From contig JAJDOF010000026.1 of the NCBI GenBank assembly GCA_022340305.1, positions 17,627-81,626 on the forward strand: a stretch of DNA of 64,000 nt, given 5' to 3'. Below, piece by piece: positions 49,803-59,022 of the stretch; position 1 is the first letter of the stretch; each line of letters starts with the position of its first letter. Source of the stretch: Gammaproteobacteria bacterium (GTDB lineage Bacteria; Pseudomonadota; Gammaproteobacteria; GCA-001735895). Position numbers and translations under genes: made by a program. A model generated the notes under the pieces. It saw nothing but the letters and a program-made list of their open reading frames with translations. It was not told where the DNA came from and did not search any database.

Positions 49803-50948
49803 TTGATGGCCGACGAAAAAAACGCTTATAGTTTCACTACCTCCGCCACGCAGCAGATCACGCTGCGCTTCCCGGGTAATGAAGGTTTCAAGATGTGGCG
49901 AGGTGGCCGGCTCGCCGAGGTAACGCTGGCTTACGAATCCTGGGGTGAGTTGTCTGCCAGTGCCGATAACGCCATCATCGTATTCACCGGATTGTCGCCG
50001 AGCGCTCACGCTGCTTCGTCATCGCAGGATGATTCCCCAGGGTGGTGGGAGCACATGATCGGGCCCGGCAAGGCGATCGACACCGATCGTTTTTTCGTGG
50101 TCTGCGCCAATTCACTCGGCGGCTGTTATGGCAGTACCGGACCGATCTCGATAAATCCCGATACCGGTAGACGCTATGGCGGCGACTTCCCCGACGTCAC
50201 GGTCGAGGATATTGCAAGTTCGGGCTATTACCTGATGCGTGAGCTGGGTGTTCACAAGCTGCATGCCGCGGTCGGATCATCGATGGGTGGCATGTCATCG
50301 ATCGCCTATGCGATGCAATATCCAGGGGAGATCGATTACCTGGTTTCGATTTCGGCGGCTGCCGCCGCGTTGCCACTGACGATTGCCTTGCGTTCATTGC
50401 AACGCGAAATTATTCGCAACGATCCGGCGTGGAATAATGGTCAATACGACGATGACCACAAACCACTGACCGGTATGTCGCTGGCGCGTAAGCTTGGGCT
50501 GGTGTCCTACCGTGCTGCCGACGAGTGGAATTCAAAGTTCGATCGCGCGCGCCTGCCAGCCGATAAACTCACGGGTAAACGCTTCGAGCGCGAATTCGAG
50601 ATCGAGAACTACCTTGAATACAATGCGCAGAAATTCATCAACAGTTTTGATCCGAACAGTTACTTATACCTGTCGCGGGCGATGGACTGGTTCGATATCG
50701 CCGAACACGGTGGTTCACTGGAGGCCGGGATGTCGAAGCTGGATGTGCGCAAGGCCCTGGTGGTAGGCGTGACCACCGATATCCTGTTTCCGAGCCGCCA
50801 GCAACGGGAGATTGCAGATTTGATGCGTGGCACCGGAACCGAGGTTGATTATGTCGAAATTGACTCAACAAACGGCCACGATGCTTTTCTGATCGACGAT
50901 GCGCAGTTCTCTCCCGTCGTCAAAAAATTCCTCGACGAGTCGCTATAA
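49803..50948 (+). CDS. Homoserine O-acyltransferase (MetX) family alpha/beta hydrolase
   Basis: NAIIVFTGLSPSAH...WWEHMIGPGKAIDTDRFFVVCANSLGGCYGSTGP...GSSMGGM. No metW follows it. Confidence 0.7.
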   Translation: MMADEKNAYSFTTSATQQITLRFPGNEGFKMWRGGRLAEVTLAYESWGELSASADNAIIVFTGLSPSAHAASSSQDDSPGWWEHMIGPGKAIDTDRFFVVCANSLGGCYGSTGPISINPDTGRRYGGDFPDVTVEDIASSGYYLMRELGVHKLHAAVGSSMGGMSSIAYAMQYPGEIDYLVSISAAAAALPLTIALRSLQREIIRNDPAWNNGQYDDDHKPLTGMSLARKLGLVSYRAADEWNSKFDRARLPADKLTGKRFEREFEIENYLEYNAQKFINSFDPNSYLYLSRAMDWFDIAEHGGSLEAGMSKLDVRKALVVGVTTDILFPSRQQREIADLMRGTGTEVDYVEIDSTNGHDAFLIDDAQFSPVVKKFLDESL

Positions 50949-51002
50949 GGTCACCATCGAGTTATGCCCAGGTGATGATTCGCTGCCTCGGCTTGGATGA
51001 CT

Positions 51003-51989
51003 TCAGGACATTTTCAGGTGAGAGACTTTTGATCCCGTGAGCGCTGGAATCAAGCCTTTATCGATCAGGTCGTGATAGCCGTGCACTGCGTTGCGGGTCG
51101 TCGCCTTGCAGTGATAGAGAGCGGCGTCGGCCTGTCCGATCAACTGGTCCATGGAAAGATGTTTGTCGAACAGGGTGTAGCCGATGCTGACCGTCACCTG
51201 GCTGACGCCCGGGAAATCGTAGCTGGCGATTTTTTCACGGAAGCGGTCGAGCGTTAACTGCGCCTGCTCGGTTTCAATGTCCATCAAAACCATTGCGAAT
51301 TCTTCGCCGCCGTAACGAAACAGCAAATCATTTTCACGAAACGAATAGGTCATCTGCTGCGCCAGCAACAGCAGTACTTCATCGCCATATAAATGCCCCC
51401 GGCTGTCATTGATCTGTTTGAAGTGATCGATATCGAGCATCACGTAAATCGTAGGGGAAAAATTGATCGCCCGCCGCTGCTGGTTGTCAGAGCGATCCAG
51501 CAACTGTGTGATTTTTTCATTGAAGGCACGCCGATTGTAGAGGCCAGTCAGCGCGTCACGATAAGTCCCCTGCAGCATCTGCAACTGGTGGCAGTAAAAG
51601 TGAAACAGGAATTGCAGATAATCTTCTTCGATCAGCTTGTCGGGGTCGCTGGATTTGACCAGTAACACGAAGTGTTTGGTGGTGAGCGGTTTGTAGCTGC
51701 AAAACCAGCCTTCGATTGCTCTTTCATAGTACCAGCTGCCCTGGTCCGCGGAACCGAACCGCCTATCGAGCACGGCGAGGGTTTCGGCATCGATGTTGAG
51801 ATCGAACCCACCGCTAGGCGTCAGTTTTTTCCACAGCTGGTCGCTGTGTTCAAAGACTTCGATCTGTATCTTGTCGGCATGGCCGGGTGCGATCTGTTGC
51901 TGGAATGCTTCGTATAACAGCTCGGGATCATTAATCTTCGCGAGCGCGTAAAACGAATAATATTTGCATTCAGCCATATTGCCCTTCAC
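51003..51989 (-). CDS. Diguanylate cyclase (intact GGEEF) with uncharacterised N-terminal sensor domain
   Basis: DALTGLYNRRAF and RYGGEEFAMVL motifs. Confidence 0.8.
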   Translation of the reverse strand: MKGNMAECKYYSFYALAKINDPELLYEAFQQQIAPGHADKIQIEVFEHSDQLWKKLTPSGGFDLNIDAETLAVLDRRFGSADQGSWYYERAIEGWFCSYKPLTTKHFVLLVKSSDPDKLIEEDYLQFLFHFYCHQLQMLQGTYRDALTGLYNRRAFNEKITQLLDRSDNQQRRAINFSPTIYVMLDIDHFKQINDSRGHLYGDEVLLLLAQQMTYSFRENDLLFRYGGEEFAMVLMDIETEQAQLTLDRFREKIASYDFPGVSQVTVSIGYTLFDKHLSMDQLIGQADAALYHCKATTRNAVHGYHDLIDKGLIPALTGSKVSHLKMS

Positions 51990-52116
51990 TCAAAACGGCG
52001 AACTGTTGTACCGCCGTGGTGGGATTCCGCAAGCGGACAAAAACCGATTCTAGAGATCGCCCGGGTTAAAGTCAAAATGGCGGTCGACCGTGGCGAGCTC
52101 AAACCAGCAAACCGGG

Positions 52117-52440
52117 CTAGCGTTCGAGATATTGCAGTTTATCGGCGACGCCTTCCCATTCGGCCGCGTCATCAGGCGGCGGTTTGCTCGCGGTGATGAC
52201 CGGCCACAGCTGTGACAGTTCCTCGTTCAACTCGAGAAATTTTTCCTGCCCCTCGGGGATGTCGTCTTCCGAGACGATCGCCTCGATCGGGCACTCGGGC
52301 TCGCACAGCGTGCAATCGATGCATTCCTCCGGGTCGATGACGAGGAAGTTCGGACCTTCGTGAAAACAGTCAACCGGGCAGACGTCGACACAGTCCATGT
52401 ACTTGCACTTGATACAGCTTTCTAGAACGACAAAAGTCAT
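52117..52440 (-). CDS. fdxA: 7Fe ferredoxin
   Basis: [29 protein letters not shown]...[12 protein letters not shown]. It is adjacent to mutS, as in Pseudomonas. Confidence 0.9.
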   Translation of the reverse strand: MTFVVLESCIKCKYMDCVDVCPVDCFHEGPNFLVIDPEECIDCTLCEPECPIEAIVSEDDIPEGQEKFLELNEELSQLWPVITASKPPPDDAAEWEGVADKLQYLER

Positions 52441-52520
52441 TACTTACCTCTGAAACCGGGATTTGACGGGACGCAGTCTAAATGAGTCATATTAATCAAC
52501 CGCCTTATCGTAATACTGTT

Positions 52521-55136
52521 TCACGATTTGGCAAGACTTTTCAGGTGGTAGAGCAGGTCGAGCGCCTGTCGAGGAGTCAGTTCGTCGACGTCGATCGCCT
52601 CGAGTTCTTCCCGCAACAGGTCGGGAGCAGGTTGTTCGACCATGGGTAGGCTGCTGAACAGGTCCGGCTGCGAATGCGTCGACTGCTGTTCCAGCAACTG
52701 TAGTTTCTGCCGTGCCAGCTGAATTGCCTGCGCGGGTATCCCGGCCAGGCGCGCCACCTGCAAACCATAACTCTGGTTGGCCGGTCCTTCCTTGACGCTG
52801 TGCATGAAGATGATGTCATCGCCGTGCTCGATGGCATCGAGATGTACGTTGCGGATACTGGAAAATTGCTCGGGCAGCTGGGTCAGCTCGAAGTAATGCG
52901 TTGCGAACAAGGTGAAGGCACGGGTTTTCTGCGCCAGGTGATCCGCACAGGCCCAGGCCAGGGCGAGCCCGTCAAAGGTGCTGGTGCCACGGCCGATCTC
53001 ATCCATCAATACCAGGCTGTTGGCGCTGGCATTGTTCAGGATATTCGCCGCCTCGGTCATTTCGACCATGAAGGTCGAACGCCCGCCGGATAAGTCATCG
53101 CTCGCACCGATGCGGGTAAAGACCTGGTCGATCGGGCCGAGTACGGCCCTGCGCGCGGGCACATAGCTGCCCATGTAGGCGAGAATGACAATCAATGCGG
53201 TCTGGCGCATATAGGTCGATTTACCGCCCATGTTGGGACCGGTAATCAGCAGCATGCTGCTGCGTTCGTCGAGGCGCAGGTCGTTGGCGACAAAGGGTTG
53301 ATCGAGCACCTGTTCGACCACCGGATGCCTGCCGGCCTCGATGTCGAGCAGGCGCTCATCGCAGAGCTCGGGTGCACTCCAGTCATGCCTGTGTGCGGTA
53401 ATTGCAAAACAGTTGAGCACGTCCAGCTGGGCCAGTGCGAGTGCACATTGCTGTAGCGGGGCGAGGCTGTCGCCGAGTTGCCTGAGCAGTGCCTCGTAGA
53501 GATATTTCTCACGGGCGAGCGCGCGCTCGCGGGCGCTCAACACCTTGTCTTCGAACGCCTTGAGTTCGGGCGTGATATAGCGCTCAACTGCTTTCAGGGT
53601 TTGTCGGCGCACGTATTCGGTCGGTACCGCCGCGGTTTGTGCCTTGCTGATTTCGATATAGAAGCCATGAACCCGGTTATAGGCGACTTTTAACGAATTA
53701 ATGCCGGTCTTCTGTTGTTCCTGCGTTTCCATATCGACGAGGAATTGATCGGCGTTGGCCGAGAGCGCGCGGAGCTCGTCGAGCTCGGGATCAAAGCCGG
53801 TCCTGATGACACCGCCGTCGCGGATCAGCAGGGGTGGTTCGTCTATGATGGCGGCATCGAGCAGCGCCACGACTTCAGGGTGGGTACTGGTTTGTTGTGC
53901 CAGTTGCTGTAGCAAAGGGCTGTCGAACGTTGCCAGTTGCTGCTGCAGATGGGGGAGTAATTCCAGGGTCGTGCCCAGCGTGGACAGGTCACGCGGACGC
54001 GCTGACAGCAAGGCCACGCGCGCCAGGATTCTTTCGATATCGCCGATCGCGCTCAGCATCTCACCCAGGGATTCATATTCGTGGTTGACCAGCAGGCTGG
54101 CGACCGCGTGATGACGCTGTTGCACGCGCGCCCGGTCGCGCAATGGTTTCTGAATCCAGCGCGTCAGTTCGCGATGCCCCATGGCCGTGTTGCAGTTGTC
54201 GATGATGCTGAGCAAGCTGTTTTGCGGGGACTGCTCGTTGATCGAGCGCGTCAGTTCGAGATTGCGCCGGCTATTGGCATCGATCAGCAGCAGATCGGTA
54301 ACCGCTTCGTAGCGTAACGGTTGCAAGTGATGAATTTCGGTTTTGAGCGTGTCGTTGACGTATTGCAACAGGCAACCCGCGGCGCTGATCGCAAGCCCGG
54401 CCCCGGCGATGCCGAAACCCTGCAGATCGCGCACATGGTATTGTTTGCACAGCAAGCGCGTCGCGCTGTCGAGTTCGAAATACCAGGGTGGCATCGCATG
54501 CGATTGTTGACGGAAAGCGGAGTCGAGTGGCGGTGACTGATCTTCGCAAAAGAGTATTTCGGCAGGATTCAGGCGCACGATCTCGCCGCTTAACAATTCG
54601 TCACTGTCCAGTTCACTCAAGCTGAAACGTCCGGAGCTGATCTCCAGCGCCGCAACGCCCCACCTGGATTGCCGGCGGTAAACGCAGCACAGCAGGTTTT
54701 CACTGCGGTCCTGCAGCAGAGCCTCGTCGGTCAGGGTGCCCGGGGTCACCACGCGCACGACCCTGCGCTCGACCGGACCCTTGCTGGTAGCCGGATCACC
54801 GATCTGCTCACAGATGGCGACCGATTCGCTCTTTCTCACCAGCTTCGCCAGGTAGTTTTCGACTGCGTGGTAGGGCACGCCACACATCGGGATCGGTTCG
54901 CCCGAAGATTGTCCGCGTTTGGTCAGGGTGATGTCGAGCAGACGCGCCGCCTTGCGGGCATCCTCATAAAACAGCTCGTAGAAATCACCCATGCGGTAGA
55001 ACAGTAGCGTATCGGGATACTCCGCCTTGATGCGCAGAAACTGCTGCATCATCGGGGTGTGGGTGCTTTTCAAGTCACTGGATTTAGACGAATTTTCGCT
55101 AGATAACTTATTGTTTTTTAACTTGGTATCTGTCAT
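52521..55136 (-). CDS. mutS: DNA mismatch repair protein MutS
   Basis: [30 protein letters not shown] and [12 protein letters not shown] motifs. Confidence 0.95.
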   Translation of the reverse strand: MTDTKLKNNKLSSENSSKSSDLKSTHTPMMQQFLRIKAEYPDTLLFYRMGDFYELFYEDARKAARLLDITLTKRGQSSGEPIPMCGVPYHAVENYLAKLVRKSESVAICEQIGDPATSKGPVERRVVRVVTPGTLTDEALLQDRSENLLCCVYRRQSRWGVAALEISSGRFSLSELDSDELLSGEIVRLNPAEILFCEDQSPPLDSAFRQQSHAMPPWYFELDSATRLLCKQYHVRDLQGFGIAGAGLAISAAGCLLQYVNDTLKTEIHHLQPLRYEAVTDLLLIDANSRRNLELTRSINEQSPQNSLLSIIDNCNTAMGHRELTRWIQKPLRDRARVQQRHHAVASLLVNHEYESLGEMLSAIGDIERILARVALLSARPRDLSTLGTTLELLPHLQQQLATFDSPLLQQLAQQTSTHPEVVALLDAAIIDEPPLLIRDGGVIRTGFDPELDELRALSANADQFLVDMETQEQQKTGINSLKVAYNRVHGFYIEISKAQTAAVPTEYVRRQTLKAVERYITPELKAFEDKVLSARERALAREKYLYEALLRQLGDSLAPLQQCALALAQLDVLNCFAITAHRHDWSAPELCDERLLDIEAGRHPVVEQVLDQPFVANDLRLDERSSMLLITGPNMGGKSTYMRQTALIVILAYMGSYVPARRAVLGPIDQVFTRIGASDDLSGGRSTFMVEMTEAANILNNASANSLVLMDEIGRGTSTFDGLALAWACADHLAQKTRAFTLFATHYFELTQLPEQFSSIRNVHLDAIEHGDDIIFMHSVKEGPANQSYGLQVARLAGIPAQAIQLARQKLQLLEQQSTHSQPDLFSSLPMVEQPAPDLLREELEAIDVDELTPRQALDLLYHLKSLAKS

Positions 55137-55674
55137 TCGATAATTCGGTACGTATCATCCGGTTTCAAGAAATGTCACCCCACTGCAAAAATAGCGCAGG
55201 CAAGAGTACAGGATTGCTGCACTGTGGCGGTGTGAGGCGCTGAAATCCGCACCAAAATAGTGCAAATGGCGGTGCACTAACCCTGCCCGTTGCTAACAAG
55301 GCGAAACAGATCGGGAGTATCGCGGTGTCTGCGAAACAGAATAACAAACCGCTGTCCTTCAGAGCAATCGATTCCATGAAACCCGTTGTCAGGGATTTAC
55401 CGGGTATTGGCGAATACAGGTGATCGAACAGCAGCGCACCCACCAGGGCATTGAAATCGCTGCGGGTGCCCCGGCGAAATTGTTGTGCCCTCTTTTTGCC
55501 TGGTAAGTTTCGGATTCGCCGTTTAAATCAGTAGATAAACAGCTATCCGGTCGAGCTGGCGGACTCCTGGGCCTGGCAGGGACTTGCCCCAGAAACCCGG
55601 GAGTGGTCAATTTTTTAGTCGTTGTTTGCAGCAGCGGAATTCACCAGGTTGGCTAAAAGCGGCTGTAAAGCGGC

Positions 55675-55705
55675 AATAAAAAAGGGCCACCGATTGTGAT
55701 GGCCC
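55675..55705 (-). terminator. Rho-independent terminator reading on the minus strand inside the mutS-upstream non-coding region
   Basis: The minus strand reads GGGCCA-tcacaatcgg-TGGCCC followed by TTTTTTATT. Confidence 0.6.
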
Positions 55706-56105
55706 TTCGAGTTACCTGGGAGAAAGACTGTCTGCGGCGTCGGTTGAACCGGGCCTGGCCAAAAGCCTGCTGGTCTTTCAGCCTTTGTTTAAACCTCGGT
55801 ATCTCCGATGGTTTTGACACCTTTCTCCAATATCTCTGTAGACACTAGATCACCCCCTTTATGTTGTTGCAGATAGTGCGGAGCATGCCATATTTTCGGG
55901 ATCTGTCAATATTGTGATTCGTGGCGGTGAGCAATTCGGGTAACGCGCGAACGTACGAGGAATACTGACCGATCCGCGTCCATGGTCAGTGCATGGGAGC
56001 GCTCGATTCTCTCATCGCCACCGGCGTTGCAGTCATTGATCGAGGTACGGCCCGGCGTCCTGGCGCTTACGCGAGTGGCCGCCGACGATCAATCAATCGA
56101 TGGAT

Positions 56106-56155
56106 CTGCAGGAAAAACAGGTGGCGAAACAGCTATACTGTCCCCTGAAATCCCG
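56106..56155 (+). promoter_or_regulatory. Promoter-like motif, copy 4 (GCAGGAAAA-N17-TATACTG)
   Basis: CTGCAGGAAAAACAGGTGGCGAAACAGCTATACTGTCCCCTGAAATCCCG has TATACT at 56134-56139. It shares the GCAGGAWAA block and the TATACTG+C-rich block with the copies at 58011 and 58943. Confidence 0.4.
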
Positions 56156-56233
56156 TTAAACAATAGAACGATCAGCCTGGGGTGTTTTTTGTTCGGCAAA
56201 AAGAAAAAAGTAAAGGAACAGCCTGCCGAGGGC

Positions 56234-56701
56234 ATGCCGACGCAGGAGTACGACCGGTTTATGAGCAGGGTTTACCGGATGGTAAGCTGCCATCGGGACA
56301 GCGACGCGATCTATTTGTTGATGGATCAGTATGATTACCTGCAAATCCGCACCCAGGATTTCGAAACCCTGTATCAACACGTCGAGCAATGGGGGCCCTC
56401 CAGAACCCTGCTGTGCCTCGGGCGCTTGATCATTTACAAGCTCGATCGCGAAAAACGCCATGACCGAGTGCTCACCTACATCGAGAAGTGCCAGAACATC
56501 AATCCTCAATTCCTGTTGCCGGAACTTTCCCGGGTGCCGTTTTACGCGCGACAGGCCATCGAGATCGGCAGGCTGGACATAGCGAAAAATCTCGTTGTAG
56601 AGCACGAAACCCGGTATGGGGATCTTGTGGGTAGCGGCCAGTGCGAGCGACTGCTCAACCTGATCGAGCCGGATATCGACGTCAGCGCGATCATCGAGTA
56701 A
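56234..56701 (+). CDS. Hypothetical all-helical protein
   Basis: This is the C-terminal part of track ORF 55982..56701. I chose the ATG at 56234 (MPTQEYDRFM); a TTG at 56189 (FGKKKKVKEQ) is also possible. I recognised no family. Confidence 0.45.
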   Translation: MPTQEYDRFMSRVYRMVSCHRDSDAIYLLMDQYDYLQIRTQDFETLYQHVEQWGPSRTLLCLGRLIIYKLDREKRHDRVLTYIEKCQNINPQFLLPELSRVPFYARQAIEIGRLDIAKNLVVEHETRYGDLVGSGQCERLLNLIEPDIDVSAIIE

Positions 56702-56819
56702 CGGGGACAGACCACGATTAAAACCGAAGCAATTGTTACGCGGCGCTCGCATTAACCCCGACGTGCTTCCGCTTATCGGGCAGTAACTCCCCAATAGAAA
56801 ACTGAGATACAATCCCGCC

Positions 56820-57941
56820 ATGCCTAGATCCCTGTTAATTCTTGTATTCTGCACCTTAATGGTGAGCGCGTGCACCACGCGATCGCCCGGAATAGGCGGC
56901 CCGGTTGAATGGTCCAGTCTGCAGAACTGGACAGCGGACAAGCAAAGTGACGTGTGGGGCGGTTTCCTGAAGAGTTGCCAGAAACTCAGGCAACAGCAAT
57001 GGCAGGAAGTCTGCCAGCTTGCAAAAAATAGCGGTGACCTGAGTGATGCTGAAGCCCGGGAATTCTTTGAAACAAATTTCGAGGTGCGGCCAGTCTACGC
57101 GGAAGGAGGGATAACCGAGGGGTTGATCACCGGCTACTACGAGCCCCTGTTAAAAGGCAGCTGGGAAAGGTCTGAGGAATTCCGCTATCCGCTCTATGGT
57201 GTGCCGGAGGATTTACTGATTGTCGATCTTGGCCGTATTTATCCGCAACTGAAGAACCTGCGTTTGCGTGGCAAGCTGGTTGGGAACAGGGTCGTGCCAT
57301 ACTACGATCGCGGGCAGCTGGATGACGATCAGGATCTGCTGCAGGGTAGGGAGATTTTGTGGGTGAACAGTTTGGTCGACGTGTTCTTCCTGCATGTTCA
57401 GGGGTCAGGCCGAATTCAGCTCGAGGATGGTTCCACGGTAGCGGTGGGCTATGCCGGGCAAAATGGTCATCCCTATCAATCCATTGGCAGAGTTCTGGCG
57501 GAAATGGGGGAGCTGGAAAAAGAAGAGATAACGTTGTTTACCATCAAGGACTGGTTGCGGTCGAACCCGAGCCGATTGAACGAGGTTCTGGCGCGGAACC
57601 CGAGTTATATATTTTTCGAGCTGAGAGATGCCGAGGCAAACGGACCGGTTGGCGCGCTCAACGTAGCGCTGACTCCCCGACGCAGTATTGCAGTGGACCG
57701 CAACGTGATTCCGTTAGGCGCACCGGTATGGTTGCAGACCACCCTTCCGGACGCACAACAATCGCCGCTCAACCAGCTCATGCTGGCGCAGGATACCGGT
57801 GGCGCCATCAAAGGCCATGTGCGCGCCGATGTTTTCTGGGGCAGGGGCGACGAAGCTGAAAAAATGGCGGGCCTGATGAAGCAGCAGGGAAAGCTCTTCG
57901 TATTGTTACCCAGGGGATATTCGATAGAAAAAAAACAATAA
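56820..57941 (+). CDS. mltA: Membrane-bound lytic murein transglycosylase A
   Basis: Lipoprotein signal (LMVSAC), GYYEPLLKGS, YPLYGVPEDL, and a C-terminal 3D domain (AVDRNVIPLGAPVWL...LMLAQDTGGAIKG). Confidence 0.85.
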   Translation: MPRSLLILVFCTLMVSACTTRSPGIGGPVEWSSLQNWTADKQSDVWGGFLKSCQKLRQQQWQEVCQLAKNSGDLSDAEAREFFETNFEVRPVYAEGGITEGLITGYYEPLLKGSWERSEEFRYPLYGVPEDLLIVDLGRIYPQLKNLRLRGKLVGNRVVPYYDRGQLDDDQDLLQGREILWVNSLVDVFFLHVQGSGRIQLEDGSTVAVGYAGQNGHPYQSIGRVLAEMGELEKEEITLFTIKDWLRSNPSRLNEVLARNPSYIFFELRDAEANGPVGALNVALTPRRSIAVDRNVIPLGAPVWLQTTLPDAQQSPLNQLMLAQDTGGAIKGHVRADVFWGRGDEAEKMAGLMKQQGKLFVLLPRGYSIEKKQ

Positions 57942-58010
57942 AAACAGGGCATAGACCAGGATTAAATCCCCCAGATGGCCGGCTAACTGCAGGTGGTCTG
58001 ACTCCCTGAC

Positions 58011-58073
58011 TGCCAGCAGGATAATTTCGTAGCTAAATTGGTATACTGCCCTCCGGATGTCGTAATTCGAGTG
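58011..58073 (+). promoter_or_regulatory. Promoter-like motif, copy 1 (upstream of queC)
   Basis: TGCCAGCAGGATAATTTCGTAGCTAAATTGGTATACTGCCCTCCGGATGTCGTAATTCGAGTG has TATACT at 58042-58047, with a TG two nt upstream (extended -10-like). Confidence 0.45.
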
Positions 58074-58182
58074 ATGCGATTTCCGGGCCTGATTCAACCG
58101 CTGGGCTTAGCCTGGAAGTGTTCACGTTTGTCGTCGGGTTTTAGAATAGCTCGCAGCAATTTTCCCATCATCGGGCAGTCGA

Positions 58183-58916
58183 ATGGACAAACAAAAGAGA
58201 GCGGTGGTACTGCTGAGTGGCGGACTAGATTCCACCACGGTGCTCGCGCTATGCCATCGAGCTGGCTTCGACAGTTATGCGCTGTCGTTCCGGTATGGCC
58301 AGCGTCATAGCAGTGAACTCGATTCCGCGGCTGCGGTCGCCGTGGCGCTGGGCGCAAAGCGGCATTTCGTCGCTGATATAGACCTTCGCCCCTTTGGCGG
58401 ATCTGCCCTCACCGCCGATATCGATGTGCCCAAAGGTCGCACTACCGCGGAGATGGATGACGGTATTCCGATTACCTACGTCCCCGCCAGGAACACCATA
58501 TTCCTGTCGTTCGCACTGGCCTGGGCGGAAGTGCTGGAATCTGCCGACATTTTCCTCGGTGTCAATGCGCTGGATTACAGCGGCTACCCGGACTGCAGAC
58601 CCGAATACATCGCGGCATACGAGCGGATGGCAAATCTTGCCACCCGGGCCGGGGTAGAAGGACACCAGCAGCTGAAAATACATACCCCCTGATCAGTCTC
58701 ACCAAGGCGCAGATTATTCAGCAGGGCAATGAGCTTGGAATTGATTATGGCATCACCAGCAGTTGTTACGATCCAGGCGCCGGGGGTGAACCCTGCGGCC
58801 AATGCGATTCATGCCAATTACGCGCCAGGGGATTTGCCGAGGCTGGGCTCGATGACCCGCTTGTGCAAAGGTTTCAAACGAAAAAAGCAGAAGAAGACCG
58901 AGGGATTACAAAATAA
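58183..58916 (+). pseudogene. queC: 7-cyano-7-deazaguanine synthase QueC, interrupted by a 1-nt frameshift
   Basis: Frame 1 (58183-58692) gives [12 protein letters not shown]...YVPARNTIF...[12 protein letters not shown]...KIHTP then a stop. The remainder ([27 protein letters not shown]...[14 protein letters not shown]) continues in the frame starting at 58689 and runs to the TAA at 58914-58916. The break is at the C5 run 58685-58689. Confidence 0.85.
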
Positions 58917-58942
58917 GTCTTCCGTCCCCTTTTTGCCTTTTT

Positions 58943-59005
58943 TGCCAGCAGAATTATTTTCTTACTAAATAGGTATACTGGCGCCGGATTGCTCCATTCC
59001 AGGTG
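58943..59005 (+). promoter_or_regulatory. Promoter-like motif, copy 2 (upstream of the TauD-family gene)
   Basis: TGCCAGCAGAATTATTTTCTTACTAAATAGGTATACTGGCGCCGGATTGCTCCATTCCAGGTG. By my hand alignment about 45 of 63 positions match copy 1. TATACT is at 58974-58979. Confidence 0.45.
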
Positions 59006-59022
59006 ACCCAAAGGAATAGCCA

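Noticed and set aside
55564-55617. Plus-strand hairpin with T6 run as a terminator or Rsm-like sRNA 3' end
   Set aside because: The T run is separated from the stem by 6 nt, and I found no upstream GacA-box-like palindrome or multiple GGA loops. This is not enough for a feature call.
55719-55828. Known RNA classes for the structured segment (6S RNA, SRP RNA, tRNA/tmRNA, Rsm/Csr sRNA, common riboswitches)
   Set aside because: It is too short for 6S RNA. It lacks the SRP GGAA/AGCA core and any tRNA T-arm GGTTCGA motif. It has only two GGA motifs, and I could not see conserved riboswitch cores. It is kept only as an unclassified candidate.
55982-56233. N-terminal 84 codons of track ORF 55982..56701
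   Set aside because: This part overlaps the promoter-like TATACTG motif and has no protein-like features (Ala/Ser/Gly-rich, no SD). The conserved-looking helical part starts after the ATG at 56234 or the TTG at 56189.
58048-58182. preQ1 riboswitch in the queC leader
   Set aside because: I could not find the preQ1-I or preQ1-II consensus elements (a short hairpin followed by an A-rich tail with ACUA) in the 140-nt leader.
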